Assembly: GCA_020137815.1 (NCBI GenBank)
Contig: CM035358.1
Coordinates: forward strand, 3,100,001 to 3,164,000
Direction: 5' to 3'
Length of the DNA: 64,000 bases
Source: Hormiphora californensis
Taxonomy: Eukaryota; Animalia; Ctenophora
The translations under genes were made by a program, and so were the position numbers. The first letter of the stretch is position 1. Each line of letters starts with the position of its first letter. The notes beneath the pieces are model-generated. The model searched no databases. It was not told the DNA's origin and saw only the letters and a program-made list of their open reading frames with translations. Shown piece after piece: positions 60,233-64,000 of the stretch.

Positions 60233-62578
60233 ATGACTGAACCACCTGCCAAACGCCGTGCTCGATGCATCGAAAGTTATTGTGAGGATCTTCGTGGCCT
60301 GCTGGTGAAGAGTCCAGACCTCTGGCACTTCATAGCAATTCAGAAAGTTCTCGACGACATTTTTCTACTGTACTGCAAGTCTTGGAAGATGATTGAGGAT
60401 CTAAAAGACTCCACTTTTCCTTACTCAATTCCCATCCTGATTTCCCGGCAGAACCTTCCTCCGCCTGTTATTAACAGCCTTCTTAAAATTTTGGTCGAGG
60501 TTGCACTATATGACAAAACCTATTGGAAGAAATATTATCGGTCTTTCGTCATCGATAACTTCTTGCCACTTCCAGCCTGCTACCTTCAATCCTTGAGGTT
60601 TCTTAACAGCACTGAGGGATCTTCAGTTCCGCTCTCAGCCGTTCAAAAAGTGTCTCACTATCTCGAATCAAAGATGGTGTCTAAGAAAACTCTGCCTAAA
60701 AACGATAGACTGATCTATTCTGAGTTTGCCAAAATGATATCCGACCTTGAAGCTGGTTGGAGTGAAGATGAAGTTTATGCGGTCCTGCTAGTTTCTGTCG
60801 CAGAATTGAACTCTAAACTCCATTGCTTGGATCATAACACCGTGTTGACGATTACCAAAAGGGTGCTCTGCTGTATTAACCTGAGACATCTTGTTGGGAG
60901 AATGAAGGAAATTCTTGGTGATTTGGTTGAGGAAATATGTGTTTTGACTCCAGGTAAGCTAGCTGAACTCTATACGTTCATTGGGGATGCCAAAATTGCT
61001 TTATACGAAACTGCTGAAGTTAGCAGAAACAAAGTCTTCATCAGCGTCCTAAATGAGAGAGTTGCTGATAGGTGGTCTAATGAGGTTATTGAGGCGGTTC
61101 GGAACATTAATCGGAAGGAATTCCCCATAGCCGAGGAGATTTACCAGGCATTATCTTCTTTTATATTGGAACCCCGTGAACCTATGGGAAACTGGGTAAA
61201 AGCTTCGCGTGATGCCCTCTATATCTTCCTTGAGAGAGGGAAACTAAGGGTGTCTGAGGAATCCCAAAAGAAAAGACTTCATGAGGTCATCATTAAATTT
61301 CTTGAAGCTATTCGCGACTTGGATTTTGACACCGAATCAGATAAGGAAGTGGTAGCCGAAGTTACGCAAGATGTCATTGGCTTGGCTGAAGACGAAGTAT
61401 TCCTTTTGGTTCTGACTGACGATCATATCACTCTGGCGATGGACTTGTTTGCAAAATATGGAACCTGGTTCACCAAGTATTTTAGAAAACTTCCTGGCTC
61501 CAAATCATTCCAGAGTATACTTTGGAAGATTTCCACGCATCCATTATTGAAAAGTATTAGTATTCGTAAGATTTACAAGTTACGACAGGATCTTGATTCA
61601 AATAGGCTTTGGCATTTTGGCCCTGCGAAAGCTTTTCGTAAGGAGAAAATTATCTTAAAGCTGTCCAATCTTCGTGAAACATCCCCGAACGATTATCTAG
61701 TGAAACTCTCCGAATTCTTTCTCCAAATAGCAATTGATGATCCTTATTTCGAGGCCAGGCGCCTCGTTCATTCCGTCTGTGAAATCATTGATCTTAGTGA
61801 GTCTGATCCTCCAGAGTTACTTCTTCGACTCTTCCTCTGTCTTGTCCGGTACTGTCAGGGGGTACAGACCGAGTTTTTGTGTCCGAAAACGGAACATTCT
61901 CCCAAGAATGGACATGCAAATGGGACGGTGAAAATCCTTGGAGAGGAAGGGGCACCAGGGGTAGAAGTCACCGAACAAGATCTGTCATCTCCCGTTCTAA
62001 ATAGCATGTTGGCTTCAAGTTTTGAGGAAGGTCGAACCCGAACCATAACCGTTCCCTCAGCCCCTCAGCGCATCTTGGAGGCCCTCAAGCTGATTCTGGG
62101 TGAGGAGTGGACGGGAGTTGAAAAAAATGCTACATTAAAAGAGGTTTGGGAATGGATGTTGCCGTGGGCAACCATGTACCAGGTCGACGGAGTGTTTGAA
62201 TATCTTGTGGAGGCGATGAGTAGGAACAATCAGTCTCAAGATTCTAAGCTGTCCGATGATTGGTTGGTTGAGTTTGCGATTCGGAGTAAGCATCCAGCGT
62301 GGATAATGTTGGTATATGACAGGTTTGTCCTTGTTGAAACCCTAAATCTACCATCTCGGGATCTAATCTTCGCAATAACTGAACTGATCAACGCAGTAAA
62401 GGACACTGATAACTATCTAGTGAATATTATAAGGTTTTTTACTTGCCCAAATCTTTTTGATGAGGTTGACGATGTGTCTGTACCAGATATAATTCCAGAA
62501 ATCAGGAAATGTGAAAAGTATAAATACTATGATCAGTTTAATTATGATTATGGGCACAGTGATTTTAGTGACCGTTGA
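60233..62578 (+). CDS. 781-aa paralog 3 of the helical-repeat/BTB family
   Basis: Uninterrupted ORF, colinear with 57257-59635. Confidence 0.85.
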   Translation: MTEPPAKRRARCIESYCEDLRGLLVKSPDLWHFIAIQKVLDDIFLLYCKSWKMIEDLKDSTFPYSIPILISRQNLPPPVINSLLKILVEVALYDKTYWKKYYRSFVIDNFLPLPACYLQSLRFLNSTEGSSVPLSAVQKVSHYLESKMVSKKTLPKNDRLIYSEFAKMISDLEAGWSEDEVYAVLLVSVAELNSKLHCLDHNTVLTITKRVLCCINLRHLVGRMKEILGDLVEEICVLTPGKLAELYTFIGDAKIALYETAEVSRNKVFISVLNERVADRWSNEVIEAVRNINRKEFPIAEEIYQALSSFILEPREPMGNWVKASRDALYIFLERGKLRVSEESQKKRLHEVIIKFLEAIRDLDFDTESDKEVVAEVTQDVIGLAEDEVFLLVLTDDHITLAMDLFAKYGTWFTKYFRKLPGSKSFQSILWKISTHPLLKSISIRKIYKLRQDLDSNRLWHFGPAKAFRKEKIILKLSNLRETSPNDYLVKLSEFFLQIAIDDPYFEARRLVHSVCEIIDLSESDPPELLLRLFLCLVRYCQGVQTEFLCPKTEHSPKNGHANGTVKILGEEGAPGVEVTEQDLSSPVLNSMLASSFEEGRTRTITVPSAPQRILEALKLILGEEWTGVEKNATLKEVWEWMLPWATMYQVDGVFEYLVEAMSRNNQSQDSKLSDDWLVEFAIRSKHPAWIMLVYDRFVLVETLNLPSRDLIFAITELINAVKDTDNYLVNIIRFFTCPNLFDEVDDVSVPDIIPEIRKCEKYKYYDQFNYDYGHSDFSDR

Positions 62579-63190
62579 TGAAAAGTACGGCAATTGGTGG
62601 TAGCTGTAAACAACTTTCTATATATTGTAACCAGTATTGGGACCAAACTTGTTTTTTAACTAGCATCTTTTATCATTTACATATTAACTTTTATATTCTT
62701 TAGCTGTTGCATTACAATTTTATTGTTACAGTAGAGTGTGTTTTAAATTCAAACCCCAATTTACCGGACGTCCTAATCCCTTGACCTAATAATATATTAA
62801 CACTGTCGTTTGTAGTGGAGAAACGATGTCGCAACACTGTAATGAAAAGCACACTTTACGTAGAGTGAAGGTACTAAAGCAAACTTGTTCAGCTAGATCA
62901 GACTGGACATGACATCAACATGCGTTAATTACCCGTGCGCTAACTAAAATGTACGTCTCATTACGGTCTTGTGATACCGTTTATCCACTACAAGCGGCCG
63001 TGTTAGATTGCTGGAACTCAAAAATCCCTTGAAGTTGCAGATTCTGCCCAATTCAGTCCCCGCCCTTTGCTTTACCATCGAACCACCTATGATAGTACAT
63101 GAGCCCCTTAAATTCCTTCCTCTCGACTACATGCACCCTAGAATCGACGCATTCTAACTCACTTTCTCTCCCCCTTGTAGGACGTCTTTC

Positions 63191-64000
63191 ATGACTGAAC
63201 CACCTGCCAAACGCCGTGCTCGATGCATCGAAAGCTATTGTGAGGATCTTCGTGGCCTACTGGTGAAGAGTCCAGACCTCTGGGACTTCAAAGCAATTCA
63301 GAAAGTTCTCAACGACATTTTTCGACTGTACTGTAAATCTAGCAATAAGACTAAGGAGCTAAAAGACTCCACTTTCCCTTACTCAATTCCCATCCTGATT
63401 TCCCGCAAGAACCTTCCTCCGCCTGTTATTAACAGCCTTCTTAAAATCTTGGTTGAGATGACACTGTACGATAACTCCTACTGGAAGGAATGTTACCGGT
63501 CTTTCGTCATCGATAACTTCTTGCCACTTCCAGCTTGTTACCTTCAATCCTTGAGGTTTCTCAACAGCACTAAGGGACTTTCTGTTCCCCTCTCAGCCGT
63601 TCAAGAAGTGTTTCGATATCTCGAATTAAAGATGACGTCTAAGAAAACTCTGCCTAAAAATGATAGACTGATATATTCTGAGTTGGCCAAAATGATAGGC
63701 AACTTTGAACGTGGGAAAGAAACAGAAAAATTTATGACCCTGCTAATTTCTGTCGCAGAATTGAACTCTAAACTCCATTGCCTGGATGGTAACATCGTGT
63801 TAGGTATTACCAAAAAGGTGCTCAGCTACATTAACTTGAGACATAATCTTGTTGGGAGAATGAAGAAAATTCTTGGTGATTTGGTTGAGGAAATATGTGT
63901 TTTGTCTCCAGGTAAGCTAGCTGAACTCTACATGTTCACGAATGGGGAATGCCAAAATGACGTTATACAAAACTGCAGAAGTGAGCAGAAACAAAGCGTT
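63191..64000 (+). CDS. Paralog 4 of the helical-repeat/BTB family, running off the window; apparent +1 frameshift near 63948
   Basis: Starts MTEPPAKRRARCIESYCEDLRG. It has GGGGAATGCC where the paralogs have GGGGATGCC, which shifts the GDAK frame (pseudogene or sequence error). Confidence 0.75.
   Translation, partial: MTEPPAKRRARCIESYCEDLRGLLVKSPDLWDFKAIQKVLNDIFRLYCKSSNKTKELKDSTFPYSIPILISRKNLPPPVINSLLKILVEMTLYDNSYWKECYRSFVIDNFLPLPACYLQSLRFLNSTKGLSVPLSAVQEVFRYLELKMTSKKTLPKNDRLIYSELAKMIGNFERGKETEKFMTLLISVAELNSKLHCLDGNIVLGITKKVLSYINLRHNLVGRMKKILGDLVEEICVLSPGKLAELYMFTNGECQNDVIQNCRSEQKQSV

Overview
Gene-containing, repeat-rich window from an invertebrate animal genome. Short GT-AG introns, abundant (CT)n tracts and dense MITEs are reminiscent of ctenophore assemblies, but that taxonomy is inference only. 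Genes: the 3' part of RABL6 (+, 5878-16773); an orphan type II membrane mucin-like ORF (-); an intronless Jun (-) with a very complete immediate-early promoter; a large Ig-ectodomain, two-domain receptor tyrosine phosphatase (-, 36508 to >54030); and a tandem cluster of helical-repeat/BTB genes (+, 54.8-64 kb) that appears to sit antisense inside an RPTP intron. A frameshifted secreted beta/gamma-crystallin lies inside a RABL6 intron. Most notable: (1) a young TTAA-flanked Kolobok-like element with 944-bp TIRs whose only cargo is a spliced DEDDh exonuclease, nested in a foldback element; (2) a 4.3-kb non-coding poly(A)/TSD retro-insertion built mostly from about 7.4 near-identical 457-bp TATA-containing monomers; (3) a Jun promoter whose CCAAT / AP-1-ATF / MEF2 module closely parallels human c-JUN as I recall it. 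About 26.95-30.1 kb looks like unpolished, error-rich sequence. All protein family calls come from motif recognition, not database searches.
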